Source: Candidatus Spongiihabitans sp. (GTDB taxonomy: Bacteria > Pseudomonadota > Gammaproteobacteria > Arenicellales > Poriferihabitantaceae). From it: 64,000 nucleotides of DNA. The position numbers and the translations under genes are program-made. The stretch's first letter is position 1. Each line of letters begins with the position of its first letter. The DNA lies in NCBI GenBank assembly GCA_965237725.1, contig OZ250151.1, forward strand, positions 2,435,086-2,499,085, read 5' to 3'. Shown here piece by piece: positions 1 to 9,611 of the stretch. The notes under the pieces were generated by a model. That model made no database searches and had not been told where the DNA came from. It saw only the letters and a list, made by a program, of their open reading frames with translations.

Positions 1-514
1 CAGAAATATAAGATATCCAGGCAATAAGCTCATACCAGACTTTCCCTATATTGCGTTTCTCCCAGAACCCCAGAACACTTCCCTGGTATAAATCTTCATT
101 CAGTCCTTCCAGGGCTCGGGTTGCATAACGTAAATGCTGATAAATATCTGATGGAACTTCGTCGTATACACCAAATAGCCAGTGGTAAAGCGATACAAAA
201 ATCAGTATCGTTACAACTGTCCAAATCGACAATGTCGTGCTGAAGAGCTGTTGGTAAATTCCAGTGTATTCTGGTCTGCGCCAGCGCTTGCCCAAGAATA
301 CGGCCAGACCCAGAACCAATAAAGACACGCCATACAACATTGTCAGATCATTGGCGGAAAATGAAAATGTGCCGGCAAGGGACAGCAATACGATAAAGTA
401 AAAATAGGACAGGACGACAGCAAACAGAAATCTATATTCACGAACTCGGAGTAATCCGCAGATAAGCAATCCTGGAATTAGAAGCGTGGCCAGTAGTAGT
501 GCCGGGAAAAGCAT
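1..514 (-). CDS. Polytopic membrane protein, N-terminal part (gene runs off the left window edge); function unknown, polysaccharide-cluster context
   Basis: Not in the ORF track because there is no stop inside the window. My own minus-strand translation from ATG 514-512 gives MLFPALLLATLLIPGLLICGLLRVREYRFLFAVVLSYFYFIVLLSLAG... and stays open to position 1. Several hydrophobic helices. It starts 8 bp after the stop of the upstream sugar-transferase gene. Confidence 0.5.
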   Translation of the reverse strand, partial: MLFPALLLATLLIPGLLICGLLRVREYRFLFAVVLSYFYFIVLLSLAGTFSFSANDLTMLYGVSLLVLGLAVFLGKRWRRPEYTGIYQQLFSTTLSIWTVVTILIFVSLYHWLFGVYDEVPSDIYQHLRYATRALEGLNEDLYQGSVLGFWEKRNIGKVWYELIAWISYIS

Positions 515-521
515 ATTCTGG

Positions 522-1850
522 CTAGCGTCCAAGGCCCTTTAGGATGACAATAAATGTACGCAGGATTATTGCCAGGTCCAGGCGCAGCGAATGATTCTTG
601 ATATAGTACAAATCATATTCGAGTTTTTTTCGAGCATCTTCCACCGTAGAACCATACGAATACATAACCTGGGCCCAGCCGGTTAGGCCCGGAGGAACAA
701 GATGTCGCAAATCGTAGTAGGGAATTTCCTGTTTTAATTGTTCAACAAATTCAGGTCGTTCGGGCCGTGGGCCAATCAGACTCATATTTCCTAGAATAAG
801 ATTCCAGAATTGCGGTAACTCGTCCAGTCTGCTTGCGCGTAAAAATTTTCCGAGCCTGGTAATTCTTGGATCATCGACTTCAGACCATTGCGCCCCTACC
901 GATTCAGCACTTTCTATCATGCTACGAAATTTGTACAGAGTAAAAACCTCTCCATTGAGTCCAACCCTGCGTTGTTTAAAAATTACGCCCCCTGGGGACT
1001 CCAAATAAATTAATCCAGCGATGGCCGGTATCAAAGGTAATGTAATAATAATTCCAGTGACTCCAAGCAAAAAGTCAGCGACCCGTTTCAGTCGAATGCC
1101 AATACTGTCATGCAAAAGGTTAAACCCGCGATTGCGAAGAAACCACCCCTCACCCAGATTCAATACTGGTAATTTAGTCCAGAATCTTTCGTAAAACTCT
1201 GAAATGGTAAGAATTGGAATTGTATCTGTACGCATGGCAATCAATTGATTGGAAATATCTTCAGCAAGTCTGGTATCGCTATCAAAAATTATTCCGGACT
1301 TTCGTGGATTATCCTCTAGCCATTGTTTTATCTGTTCACCAGACTCATCAACCCCAATGTGTTCGGCACTTAATTCGGGGTATTTTTCCTGATTATCCTG
1401 AATAAAATCTGAGAAAGTATGATCAGAGCAAATCAGCAGCCAGTTCACCACTGCGTGGGTGCTTTTATGCCACCTGGAAAAAACTAAACGGCAAATCGCC
1501 GCCCATATCGCAAACATGGCAAGGGCAACGGGCAATACGCCGCGACCGAAAATCGAAGTAAATTGATCGACACCAAATGCATAAGTCACAAATACACTGG
1601 TTATGAAAACCACGATCACCGCAACGAAAGTATTTAAAGGCAAATGTTCTGCACCGTGGGATACACTTAATCGATATACGTCCATAACATAGAGCGTCAA
1701 TATGGCCACAACAATCAGAATCCATAGATAGCCCGATGTTGGAGAAAGCCATTGGCCTAATCGCATGTTGTGCGCAAGATTGTAAAAGCAAAACAACCCG
1801 CCAATATCCAGGCAGAGTAACAGTCCACTCCTACTTAAAGATGATCGCAT
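522..1850 (-). CDS. Polyprenyl-phosphate sugar phosphotransferase (bacterial sugar transferase family, WbaP/PglC-like initiating enzyme)
   Basis: 442 aa. N-terminal TM helices plus the C-terminal block FKQRRVGLNGEVFTLYKFRSM...DPRITRLGKFLRASRLDELPQFWNLILGNMSLIGPRPERPEF, typical of this family. Confidence 0.9.
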   Translation of the reverse strand: MRSSLSRSGLLLCLDIGGLFCFYNLAHNMRLGQWLSPTSGYLWILIVVAILTLYVMDVYRLSVSHGAEHLPLNTFVAVIVVFITSVFVTYAFGVDQFTSIFGRGVLPVALAMFAIWAAICRLVFSRWHKSTHAVVNWLLICSDHTFSDFIQDNQEKYPELSAEHIGVDESGEQIKQWLEDNPRKSGIIFDSDTRLAEDISNQLIAMRTDTIPILTISEFYERFWTKLPVLNLGEGWFLRNRGFNLLHDSIGIRLKRVADFLLGVTGIIITLPLIPAIAGLIYLESPGGVIFKQRRVGLNGEVFTLYKFRSMIESAESVGAQWSEVDDPRITRLGKFLRASRLDELPQFWNLILGNMSLIGPRPERPEFVEQLKQEIPYYDLRHLVPPGLTGWAQVMYSYGSTVEDARKKLEYDLYYIKNHSLRLDLAIILRTFIVILKGLGR

Positions 1851-1894
1851 CTAGGATGATTGCAGCAAGGAAGATTGCATTTTCGAGTATCAGA

Positions 1895-3010
1895 TCAGCT
1901 GGTTGCAGATTTTATCAAATCGATGATTTTTCCTTGATCACTTTCCTGCAGATAAGGATGGATGGGCAAGCTAATCACTTCTTTGGCCAACATGTCGGAA
2001 ATCGGCATATCTTCTCCACCACCTACTGCGTCTTTGAAGGCTGGTTGTCTATGCAGCGGCGCTGGATAATAAACCGCACAAGGCACACTGTTTTCCTGCA
2101 ACAACTCTCTAATTCGATCACGTTTGCTCGATCGAATGGTATATACCGCCCAGGCACTTTGATATCCTGCAGGAATCATCGGGGTGATGACATTGTCCTT
2201 TAATTCGTTATGGTAATTATTTGCCACCATCTGTCTTTGCGCCAGTTCCTGATCAAATATTTTTAACTTGCAGCTTAAAATAGCTGCCTGTAATGTGTCG
2301 AGTCTTCCTGTAATTCCGATTCGAACATTTTCATATTGGCTCACACCTTTTCCATGAAATCGAATTGATTCAAGAACACCCGCAGTTTCAGCATCATTGG
2401 TGAACACCGCGCCGCCGTCCCCATAACAACCAAGGGGCTTTGCCGGAAAAAAACTGGTGGCAGAAATATCTCCAAAATTACCTGCCTTTTTATCTTTATA
2501 ATGTGCTCCAAAACTTTGTGCTGCGTCACTTAAAATAAACAGGTCGTATTTGTCAGCAATGGTCTGGATAGCATCATAATCCGCAGGTAATCCAAACAAG
2601 TCCACCGGAATAATGCCTTTCAATTTAAGTTTTCCATCTCGGTTAACTTTCTCGATCGCACCTTCGAGCTGATTAGCATCGATGTTAAAAGTAGATTCAT
2701 CGACATCAACGAAAACCGTTGTAGCGCCCAGCAACTGAATCACTTCCGCAGTAGCAACAAAAGTAAATGGCGGTGCAATAATGGCATCTCCCGGCCCGAC
2801 ACCATAGGCCATTAATGCCATCAGCAGGGCATCTGTGCCGCTGGCTGCACTAATCACATGCTTGGCGCCGCAATAGTCGCCGAGTTGTTTTTCCAACTCC
2901 CCAACTTCAGGGCCCATAATAAATTGTTTGTGGCCTAATACCTTGTCTATGGCACTTCGAACTTCAGTATCAATGGATTCGAGTTGCGCATCTAAATCGA
3001 CAAATTTCAT
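1895..3010 (-). CDS. DegT/DnrJ/EryC1/StrS-family PLP aminotransferase (nucleotide-sugar aminotransferase, PglE/WbpE-like)
   Basis: 371 aa. IMGPEVGELEKQL, SGTDALLMAL and DAAQSFGA...SFFPAKPLGCYGDGGA blocks are typical of sugar aminotransferases. Adjacent to the initiating sugar transferase. Confidence 0.9.
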   Translation of the reverse strand: MKFVDLDAQLESIDTEVRSAIDKVLGHKQFIMGPEVGELEKQLGDYCGAKHVISAASGTDALLMALMAYGVGPGDAIIAPPFTFVATAEVIQLLGATTVFVDVDESTFNIDANQLEGAIEKVNRDGKLKLKGIIPVDLFGLPADYDAIQTIADKYDLFILSDAAQSFGAHYKDKKAGNFGDISATSFFPAKPLGCYGDGGAVFTNDAETAGVLESIRFHGKGVSQYENVRIGITGRLDTLQAAILSCKLKIFDQELAQRQMVANNYHNELKDNVITPMIPAGYQSAWAVYTIRSSKRDRIRELLQENSVPCAVYYPAPLHRQPAFKDAVGGGEDMPISDMLAKEVISLPIHPYLQESDQGKIIDLIKSATS

Positions 3011-3034
3011 GCTTTTAAAATTCCTGATCTGGTT

Positions 3035-3886
3035 TTAGTTTTGAAACGCTGATAACACCGCTTCCTGGCTAGGTATTTTGCTCGCGCTATACCCCAATCG
3101 CCCTGGTTGCTTGATTTCGCTATCGTACATTAGTGTAGCCGCGCCGGGCACCGGTAATTGTAGCTGCACACCACAAACATTTTCCAATTCGCTTTGAGGG
3201 TCTCGGTCGAATAACCCGGTAACGTCACTTTGCCAACTATGATGATTGAGATCAACAAACAAATTGGCATGATTCATGTTGTATCGTATCCCCACGCCAA
3301 GAACTTTGCCATAAGCTTCTTTTCTGGTCCAAGCGGCTAGCATGGCATCATTACGCCCGGATTCTGGCACCGTGTCCCAACTGGATATTTCCTCAGCTGA
3401 CAGAATTCGCTTGGCCATTGCCTCATAGCTGATTTTGCGCGGAAATATTTCTAGATCCACACCCAACGCACGATTCCAGGCGATGCCATACAACGCATGC
3501 CCCATTGACAAGGTATAGTTGAAAGTCAGTTCACCTTGTTCCACCGCGTTCATCAGTTTTGGCTTGCCGCGTTGTCCGTATCCGAACGCCAGATCCTGAT
3601 TGTCAATACCGGTATATCCGGACATCAGAGCGCGCAAACCTATCCTGCCACCGAGGTACAGCTGGCGGTGGTGTTTGCTGATTATTCCCATGGATCGGGA
3701 AATTTCCCCATCACCGAGCAAGTCTTGCGGGTTATATAGGTCGGATCCGAAAACCTTATTTAGGTCAAGCAGCCAGAGATGAATTTCATTTTCCCTCAAT
3801 TGCCGATCCATGCTGGCGATTTGCCAATTCAGATTCCGCTCAGCTACAGCCGACGCCGAATTACCATGTGTCAAATATCGGTCCAA
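3035..3886 (-). CDS. 4'-phosphopantetheinyl transferase (Sfp/EntD-type)
   Basis: 283 aa. RGKPKL, GVDLE and WTRKEAYGKVLGVG motifs of the PPTase superfamily. The true start may be the internal ATG at 3811 (MDRQLRENEIHLWLLDL). Confidence 0.75.
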   Translation of the reverse strand: MDRYLTHGNSASAVAERNLNWQIASMDRQLRENEIHLWLLDLNKVFGSDLYNPQDLLGDGEISRSMGIISKHHRQLYLGGRIGLRALMSGYTGIDNQDLAFGYGQRGKPKLMNAVEQGELTFNYTLSMGHALYGIAWNRALGVDLEIFPRKISYEAMAKRILSAEEISSWDTVPESGRNDAMLAAWTRKEAYGKVLGVGIRYNMNHANLFVDLNHHSWQSDVTGLFDRDPQSELENVCGVQLQLPVPGAATLMYDSEIKQPGRLGYSASKIPSQEAVLSAFQN

Positions 3887-4088
3887 AATTATTTATTTGT
3901 GCGAGGGCTGTTTCTTCTACCGAGGCATCATACCCTTTTTGCTTTTTCTCAATGATGCGATGTTGCAAACCCTGCTTGTCGAACAAATAAGTTGTCGAAG
4001 ACAGATGTAATTCCACCACAAACCCCTCTCCGGGAATATTGTATATCCCGCCAAGTTCCGCCGTTTCACTTATGTCGATTTCAGTCAC
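3861..4088 (-). CDS. Small hypothetical protein (75 aa)
   Basis: ORF only, with no recognisable motif. It overlaps the long version of the PPTase ORF but not the 3811 start. It lies between MITE-1 and the PPTase gene. Confidence 0.25.
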   Translation of the reverse strand: MTEIDISETAELGGIYNIPGEGFVVELHLSSTTYLFDKQGLQHRIIEKKQKGYDASVEETALAQINNFGPIFDTW

Positions 4089-4109
4089 TAATACTTCAAC
4101 CTGATTGTT

Positions 4110-4306
4110 CTAAGGAGCCTCTGATTAAAACTGGGCAGATCAAGTTGCCACTTATAAATGGCACTGGGAAAATGATCAAGTTCAAGGCGCGAAACGCACG
4201 CCCAAGTCAAATAAGCTTGGGCACGGCTATTGCGAAGTTTTGCAACGCAGAAATTGATCATTTTAAACGCAAATTGACTGTTCATGTTTTGATCAGAGGC
4301 TCCTTA
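4110..4306. mobile_element. MITE-1: non-autonomous element with ~20-bp terminal inverted repeats and flanking TA
   Basis: Left end TA-AGGAGCCTCTGATTAAAAC, right end GTTTTGATCAGAGGCTCCT-TA (20/21 inverted match). The interior shares ctgggc.gatcaagtt and aaaatgatcaag.tcaaggc blocks with MITE-2/3. No coding capacity. Confidence 0.6.
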
Positions 4307-5854
4307 ACGTAAAAACAGACTATACACCGGATTTTCAGTTTCTTCGCGGTAAGCATATCCGAGCTGTTTTAAAAATGCGTTGAATGCCCCCCGACTGGCA
4401 TTTGGCACCTGGATTCCACACAACACCCGACCAAAGTCCGAGCCATGGTTTCGATAATGAAATAATGTGATATTCCAGCTTGTGCCGATTTGATCGAGAA
4501 AATTTCCCAATGCCCCGGGGCGCTCTGGAAACTCGAAGCTGAAAATCCGCTCATTGGTCAGTTCGGGCACCCGTCCCCCAACCATATACCGCCCATGGAT
4601 CTTGGCAAGCTCGTTGTCGGTCAGATCGATGCTGGGTATTCCCCGGGATTCGAGTTTCTTAATTAATTCTCCAATTTCATTGAGTTTCTTGATTTGCACA
4701 CCAAGAAATATGTGGGCTTCTTTGTCATTGGAATATCGATAATTAAATTCCGACACACTTCGTTTACCCAGTGCACGATAGAAACGTCGAAAACTGCCCC
4801 GGGATTCGGGAATGGTAACCGCGATTATCGCCTCTCGTTTTTCCCCAATCTCGGCGCGTTCTGATACATGCCTTAATCGATCAAAGTTCATATTTGCACC
4901 GGAGGCAATGGCAACCAGGCTCATCCGAGCGGGTTTCTTTTTATTCGAATGAATGCCATAACCATTGTCTTTCATCCAGCGTTTGATCCCGGCAATGCCC
5001 AATGCACCGGATGGCTCTACAATTGTCCGGGTGTCTTCACATATATCTTTGATTGCTGCACACAATTCATCCGTAGAAACTCTAACCACTTCATCAACAA
5101 AGTCCCGGCAAATTTTAAAATTTTCCTTGCCAACCTGTTTGACCGCCACACCGTCGGCAAAAATTCCGACTTTTTTCAGAACCACTCGTTTGTTCGCTTT
5201 CAATGATTGATACAGGGCATCAGATTCATAAGGTTCAACACCAATAACCTTAATCTCTGGCCGCAATTGCTTGATATAGGCGGCAACCCCTGAAATCAAT
5301 CCGCCGCCGCCAACCGGCACAAAAACCGCATCCAGACTGCTCGGGTGTTGTTTCAAAATTTCCAGCCCTACAGTGCCCTGGCCGGCGATAATCAACGGGT
5401 CATCAAATGCACTGATAAACACCCGCTTCTGCTTTTTACACACCAACTGCGCATAGTCATAGGCTTCCTGATAGGAATCCCCGGTTAATTTAATTTTTGC
5501 CCTCCATTGTCGTACTGCCTCAACTTTTATGGTTGGCGTGGTAACCGGCATAACGATGAGCGCTTCACAACCCAGCTGCCGGGCGCTCATGGCAACACCC
5601 TGGGCATGGTTTCCCGCTGAAGCCACAACCACCCCGCGAGACAGTTCCCTGGGGCTCAGGCTGATCATTTTATTGTATGCGCCGCGAATTTTGTAACAGA
5701 AAATTGGCTGGGTATCTTCGCGCTTCAGGAAAACGTTTGCGCCCAGACGATCAGACAAGCGTTGAGCCTGATCCAAATCGGTTTCCTTGGCCACCTCGTA
5801 GACCCTGGAATTGAGTATGGCCTTAAGATAGTTTGCTGGATAGTCCTTTGACAT
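4304..5854 (-). CDS. ilvA: Threonine ammonia-lyase (biosynthetic threonine dehydratase)
   Basis: 516 aa. FLKREDTQPIFCYKIRGAYNKM PLP-lysine motif, GNHAQGVA, and a C-terminal pair of ACT-like regulatory domains of the length typical for IlvA. Confidence 0.95.
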   Translation of the reverse strand: MSKDYPANYLKAILNSRVYEVAKETDLDQAQRLSDRLGANVFLKREDTQPIFCYKIRGAYNKMISLSPRELSRGVVVASAGNHAQGVAMSARQLGCEALIVMPVTTPTIKVEAVRQWRAKIKLTGDSYQEAYDYAQLVCKKQKRVFISAFDDPLIIAGQGTVGLEILKQHPSSLDAVFVPVGGGGLISGVAAYIKQLRPEIKVIGVEPYESDALYQSLKANKRVVLKKVGIFADGVAVKQVGKENFKICRDFVDEVVRVSTDELCAAIKDICEDTRTIVEPSGALGIAGIKRWMKDNGYGIHSNKKKPARMSLVAIASGANMNFDRLRHVSERAEIGEKREAIIAVTIPESRGSFRRFYRALGKRSVSEFNYRYSNDKEAHIFLGVQIKKLNEIGELIKKLESRGIPSIDLTDNELAKIHGRYMVGGRVPELTNERIFSFEFPERPGALGNFLDQIGTSWNITLFHYRNHGSDFGRVLCGIQVPNASRGAFNAFLKQLGYAYREETENPVYSLFLR

Positions 5855-6108
5855 GTTTAAACTCTATTAAAATATTTACTGGAATATTGACCGACACAAC
5901 GCCTTTTCGCAGGTCGGTTTAGTGTCGGGAATTATAAACTAAGCAACTGAGAATTCCTTTTAATTATGCAACATCAGCGTCATCGGATATCCAGAAATTG
6001 AAATTCGTAAGCAGTCAAAAAAGAACCTCGGCAAACGGTATATTCCTGATTAATTTTGATAAGATACCTTGAATTCATTTTCAGCTTACAGAATCAAATA
6101 TAAATTTT

Positions 6109-6762
6109 ATGGATTACGAAATTGCCCGCGCTAACATGATCGAACAACAGATTCGACCATGGAATGTTTTACAAGTCCAAACTCTGAATGCACTGAATTC
6201 CGTCAGGCGCGAAGACTTCGTTCCAGAGCAATACAAGGATCGGGCTTTTGCTGATGTGCAAATACCTATCGGTGACGATGAAGTGATGCTGGAACCCAAG
6301 CTCGGCGCGCGAATGATTGAATCCCTGGATATAAAGCCTGATCACAGAATACTGGAAATAGGCACCGGCACTGGTTATTTGACCGCTTTAATGGCATCCA
6401 TGGGCGCTCATGTTACCAGCATTGAAATTGATCAAAGCCTTTCCACCCAAGCCGGGATTAATCTGGCCATGGCCGGAATCACCAATGTGGAACTTGTGTA
6501 CAACGATTGCTTTGCAGTTTTTCAGGACCGTAAATATCCAAGTAACAAATTTGACCGGGTGCTGATTTCCGGATCGGTTGTTTCATTGGATCAGACTTTC
6601 TGCAGCCTGATCCATGAATCCGGGTGGGTTGTCGGCATAGAAGGAAACGACCCGGCAATGTGCGTGGTGCTTGGTCAGCATGACGGCGCGAAACGCGGAC
6701 TGTTTGAAACCAGTGTGCCGCGGTTACGAAATATCAATGAAAGCCCCACATTTACTTTCTAA
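6109..6762 (+). CDS. Protein-L-isoaspartate O-methyltransferase-family protein
   Basis: 217 aa. SAM motif ILEIGTGTGYLTALMA. The position immediately upstream of tolC is the usual gammaproteobacterial arrangement for this pcm paralog. Confidence 0.8.
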   Translation: MDYEIARANMIEQQIRPWNVLQVQTLNALNSVRREDFVPEQYKDRAFADVQIPIGDDEVMLEPKLGARMIESLDIKPDHRILEIGTGTGYLTALMASMGAHVTSIEIDQSLSTQAGINLAMAGITNVELVYNDCFAVFQDRKYPSNKFDRVLISGSVVSLDQTFCSLIHESGWVVGIEGNDPAMCVVLGQHDGAKRGLFETSVPRLRNINESPTFTF

Positions 6763-6767
6763 ATATC

Positions 6768-8096
6768 ATGAATAAATTTCAGTCTAGTATCATTTCCCTG
6801 GGCACGCTTGTGTTCACAGTGATTTCAGGGGGCACTGCCCAAACGAGCTTTGCTGCGGATTTATGGGAGATATATGAACTGGCGCTTGCAAGCGATCCGG
6901 GTTACCGCGCTGCGGCTCTTAACCACGAGGCGACGCTGTTGAATTTACCTTTAGCAAAATCGGGATTTAAACCGTCGCTATCAACCAGCGCGGTACTGGG
7001 GCGACAAACTACCGATATTAGAGGCCCCGATGTCACTTCTGACGAAAACCAGTATAGCATTGACGCCAGCTTGCCGCTGTATGATAAATCCAAACGTCTG
7101 GAAATAACCCAAAGCCGGTATGCAACAGAAATTTCTGCGCTACAGCTCCTCGACGAAAAGCATCGACTGATGCTCGAAGTAGCAAACCGCTATTTTAATT
7201 TACTTGCCGGTCAGGATGCCCGAGAGGTTGCACGGCTGGAAAAAATTGCGATCAAACGACAAATGGATTTTGCCAGCGAACGCCTCGAAGTGGGTCTCGG
7301 CACCCGAACTGATCTGTTCGATGCCAAGGCGCGATTCAAACAGGCCGAAGCCAATGAAATTCAAGCCCAGAATAAAATCAACAACGATATAGCATTACTC
7401 AAACAGCTGATTGGCAGCACCCCGGAGGCCCTGGCAACTTTGAGTGATACAGCACCGCTGGACTTGCCCTTGCCAAACGACGTGGATGCCTGGATCGATG
7501 TATCATCAAATGGCAATGTGCCTTTAAATATTGAAACCCTGAACCTGGAAATTGCCAGGGCGGAAATTGATAAACAAAGAAGCGCGCGAAGGCCAACTCT
7601 GGATCTCACCGCCAGTCACCGCATTCGAGAATCCGGCGCAAATTTTTCATCCAATTCGGAAACCAATACGTCCACAGTTGGGATAACCCTGACCTTTCCG
7701 ATATATCTCGGCGGCACCATCAACCTGCGTACCAAACAGGCCGGATTTCAGTTTAATCGAAATGAACAATTACTCGAACAGGCTAAACGGCAGGCTGCCA
7801 CCGAAACCACTACCGCGTTTTTGGCGGTATCCAGTGGGGTTAGTCAGGTGGAAGCGCTGGCTGACGCAATCACCGCAGGAGAAAGTGCGCTGGAAGCAAA
7901 AGAAGAAGGTTTTTATGCCGGACTGACCACCAATATCGATGTCCTCGATGCTCAGCGGGATTTGTCGCGTTCACGCACGGATTACTTGCGCGCCCGGTAC
8001 ACCTATATCCTGTCTGTACTTGATCTCGAAAGATCAACCGGCCAGCTTGATGAAGAAGATATCAAGCGCATAAACAGCTGGCTCGAATCTTCATAA
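6768..8096 (+). CDS. tolC: TolC-family outer-membrane efflux channel
   Basis: 442 aa. Signal peptide ending in AQTSFA, an N-terminal LWEIYELALASDPGYRAA motif, and a two-repeat OEP architecture. Confidence 0.9.
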   Translation: MNKFQSSIISLGTLVFTVISGGTAQTSFAADLWEIYELALASDPGYRAAALNHEATLLNLPLAKSGFKPSLSTSAVLGRQTTDIRGPDVTSDENQYSIDASLPLYDKSKRLEITQSRYATEISALQLLDEKHRLMLEVANRYFNLLAGQDAREVARLEKIAIKRQMDFASERLEVGLGTRTDLFDAKARFKQAEANEIQAQNKINNDIALLKQLIGSTPEALATLSDTAPLDLPLPNDVDAWIDVSSNGNVPLNIETLNLEIARAEIDKQRSARRPTLDLTASHRIRESGANFSSNSETNTSTVGITLTFPIYLGGTINLRTKQAGFQFNRNEQLLEQAKRQAATETTTAFLAVSSGVSQVEALADAITAGESALEAKEEGFYAGLTTNIDVLDAQRDLSRSRTDYLRARYTYILSVLDLERSTGQLDEEDIKRINSWLESS

Positions 8097-8148
8097 TAAT
8101 CCCTATTGGCCCTATTGGCCTAACAGCGATTTCGGAGTAAGCCGTCTG

Positions 8149-9600
8149 TCAGCTTTTCCAGAATACCGGGGATATCAAAACCAGCAGGGTAAATAATTCC
8201 AGCCTGCCCAGCAACATTGCAAATGTCAGCACAACTTTTCCAGGATCGGTGATGCTGGCATAGTTGTGTGAAACATCTCCAAGACCCGGCCCCAGATTGT
8301 TCAGACAAGCGGTTACTGCGGTAAAAGCGGTGAGTAAATCGCAACCCGTGGCGAGCATCAAAATCAACAGGATGGCGAAGCTGAAAATATATAGAGACAA
8401 AAATCCCCAAACCGCATTAACCACATTGTCGGGCACGGGTTTGCCGCCCAGCTTAATCGGAATCAGGGCGCTGGGGTGAACTAATCTGGAAATTTCCCGG
8501 GTCCCCTGCTTGAATAACAGGGTCATGCGAATAATTTTCATCCCCCCGGCGGTGGATCCGGCACACCCCCCTGCGGTGCTCAATAAGATCAGCAGCACTG
8601 GGATAAATGTTGGCCACAGCGAAAAATCTGTGGTGGCAAATCCCGTTGTGGTGACAATGGAAACCACCTGAACTATGTCCTGTATCAAACTGGTGTCGAG
8701 ATTTTCGTAGGTATCGTGCCTTACCAGCATGAATACGGTAACGATGACAGCAGACAATATCAGGCCAAAATATACTTTTGCTTCCGGGTCTTTGAGATAT
8801 ACCGAAACCTGTCTGAATCGAAACGCGGAAAAATGTAAGGCAAAATTCAAACCCGCCAGAATCATAAACAGGGTGGCGATGCCATAAACCGCATTGTTCT
8901 GGAAAAATCCCAGGCTTTGGTTATGGGTAGAGAAACCGCCGATAGCGATGGTGGAAAAGGCATGACAGATGGCATCGAATCCAGACATGCCAGCGAAATA
9001 ATAGGACAGGCCGCAAACAAGGGTCAGTCCGATATAGATATACCAGATTGCTTTCGCGGTTTCGGTTAAGCGCGGGGTTAATTTATTATCCTTGATTGGA
9101 CCTGCAGTTTCCGCTCGATAGAGCTGCATACCACCAACCCCAAGGGCCGGCATTACCGCCACCGCAAGCACAATGATCCCCATGCCACCGAGCCATTGCA
9201 ATTGCTGACGGTAATACAGCACCGAAAAAGGCAATTCGTCAATATCGGTAATTACCGTTGCACCGGTAGTGGTCAGCCCCGAAGTAGATTCGAACAAGGC
9301 GTTAATCAGGCCGATGGCCATGCTATCCATCAGTAAAAATGGAATTGATGCCATAATCGAAAGTACAACCCAGATTAACACCACTACTACAAATCCGTTT
9401 CTGAATCGCAAATCCCCCTTAAATTGCCTGGCGGGGAGCCAGAAAATGATGCCGACGGAGAGGATGATCAGGAATGCGCTGATGAAAGGCTGGTGAACGC
9501 CATCGCCGTACCACAAAGATACTGCAACTGGCGGCAGCAGAGTGGTGCTGAATATGGCAATCAAAGTGCCGAGAATTTTTAATACGCCCAGAACTTGCAT
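8149..9600 (-). CDS. trkH: Trk-system potassium uptake protein TrkH
   Basis: 483 aa polytopic protein. TrkH-like N-terminus and repeated MPM pore motifs (TTTGF, GGFST, STAGG). Adjacent to trkA. Confidence 0.95.
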   Translation of the reverse strand: MQVLGVLKILGTLIAIFSTTLLPPVAVSLWYGDGVHQPFISAFLIILSVGIIFWLPARQFKGDLRFRNGFVVVVLIWVVLSIMASIPFLLMDSMAIGLINALFESTSGLTTTGATVITDIDELPFSVLYYRQQLQWLGGMGIIVLAVAVMPALGVGGMQLYRAETAGPIKDNKLTPRLTETAKAIWYIYIGLTLVCGLSYYFAGMSGFDAICHAFSTIAIGGFSTHNQSLGFFQNNAVYGIATLFMILAGLNFALHFSAFRFRQVSVYLKDPEAKVYFGLILSAVIVTVFMLVRHDTYENLDTSLIQDIVQVVSIVTTTGFATTDFSLWPTFIPVLLILLSTAGGCAGSTAGGMKIIRMTLLFKQGTREISRLVHPSALIPIKLGGKPVPDNVVNAVWGFLSLYIFSFAILLILMLATGCDLLTAFTAVTACLNNLGPGLGDVSHNYASITDPGKVVLTFAMLLGRLELFTLLVLISPVFWKS

Positions 9601-9611
9601 AGCTATCTAAC

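Noticed and set aside
3861-4088. The 75-aa ORF as an antitoxin or toxin of a TA pair
   Set aside because: There is no partner gene and no recognisable TA-family motif. It is kept only as a low-confidence hypothetical CDS.
8097-8148. Direct repeat CCCTATTGGC x2 between tolC and trkH as a terminator or binding site
   Set aside because: It is only two 10-bp copies with a 4-bp GGCC stem and no U-tract. That is too little signal to call.
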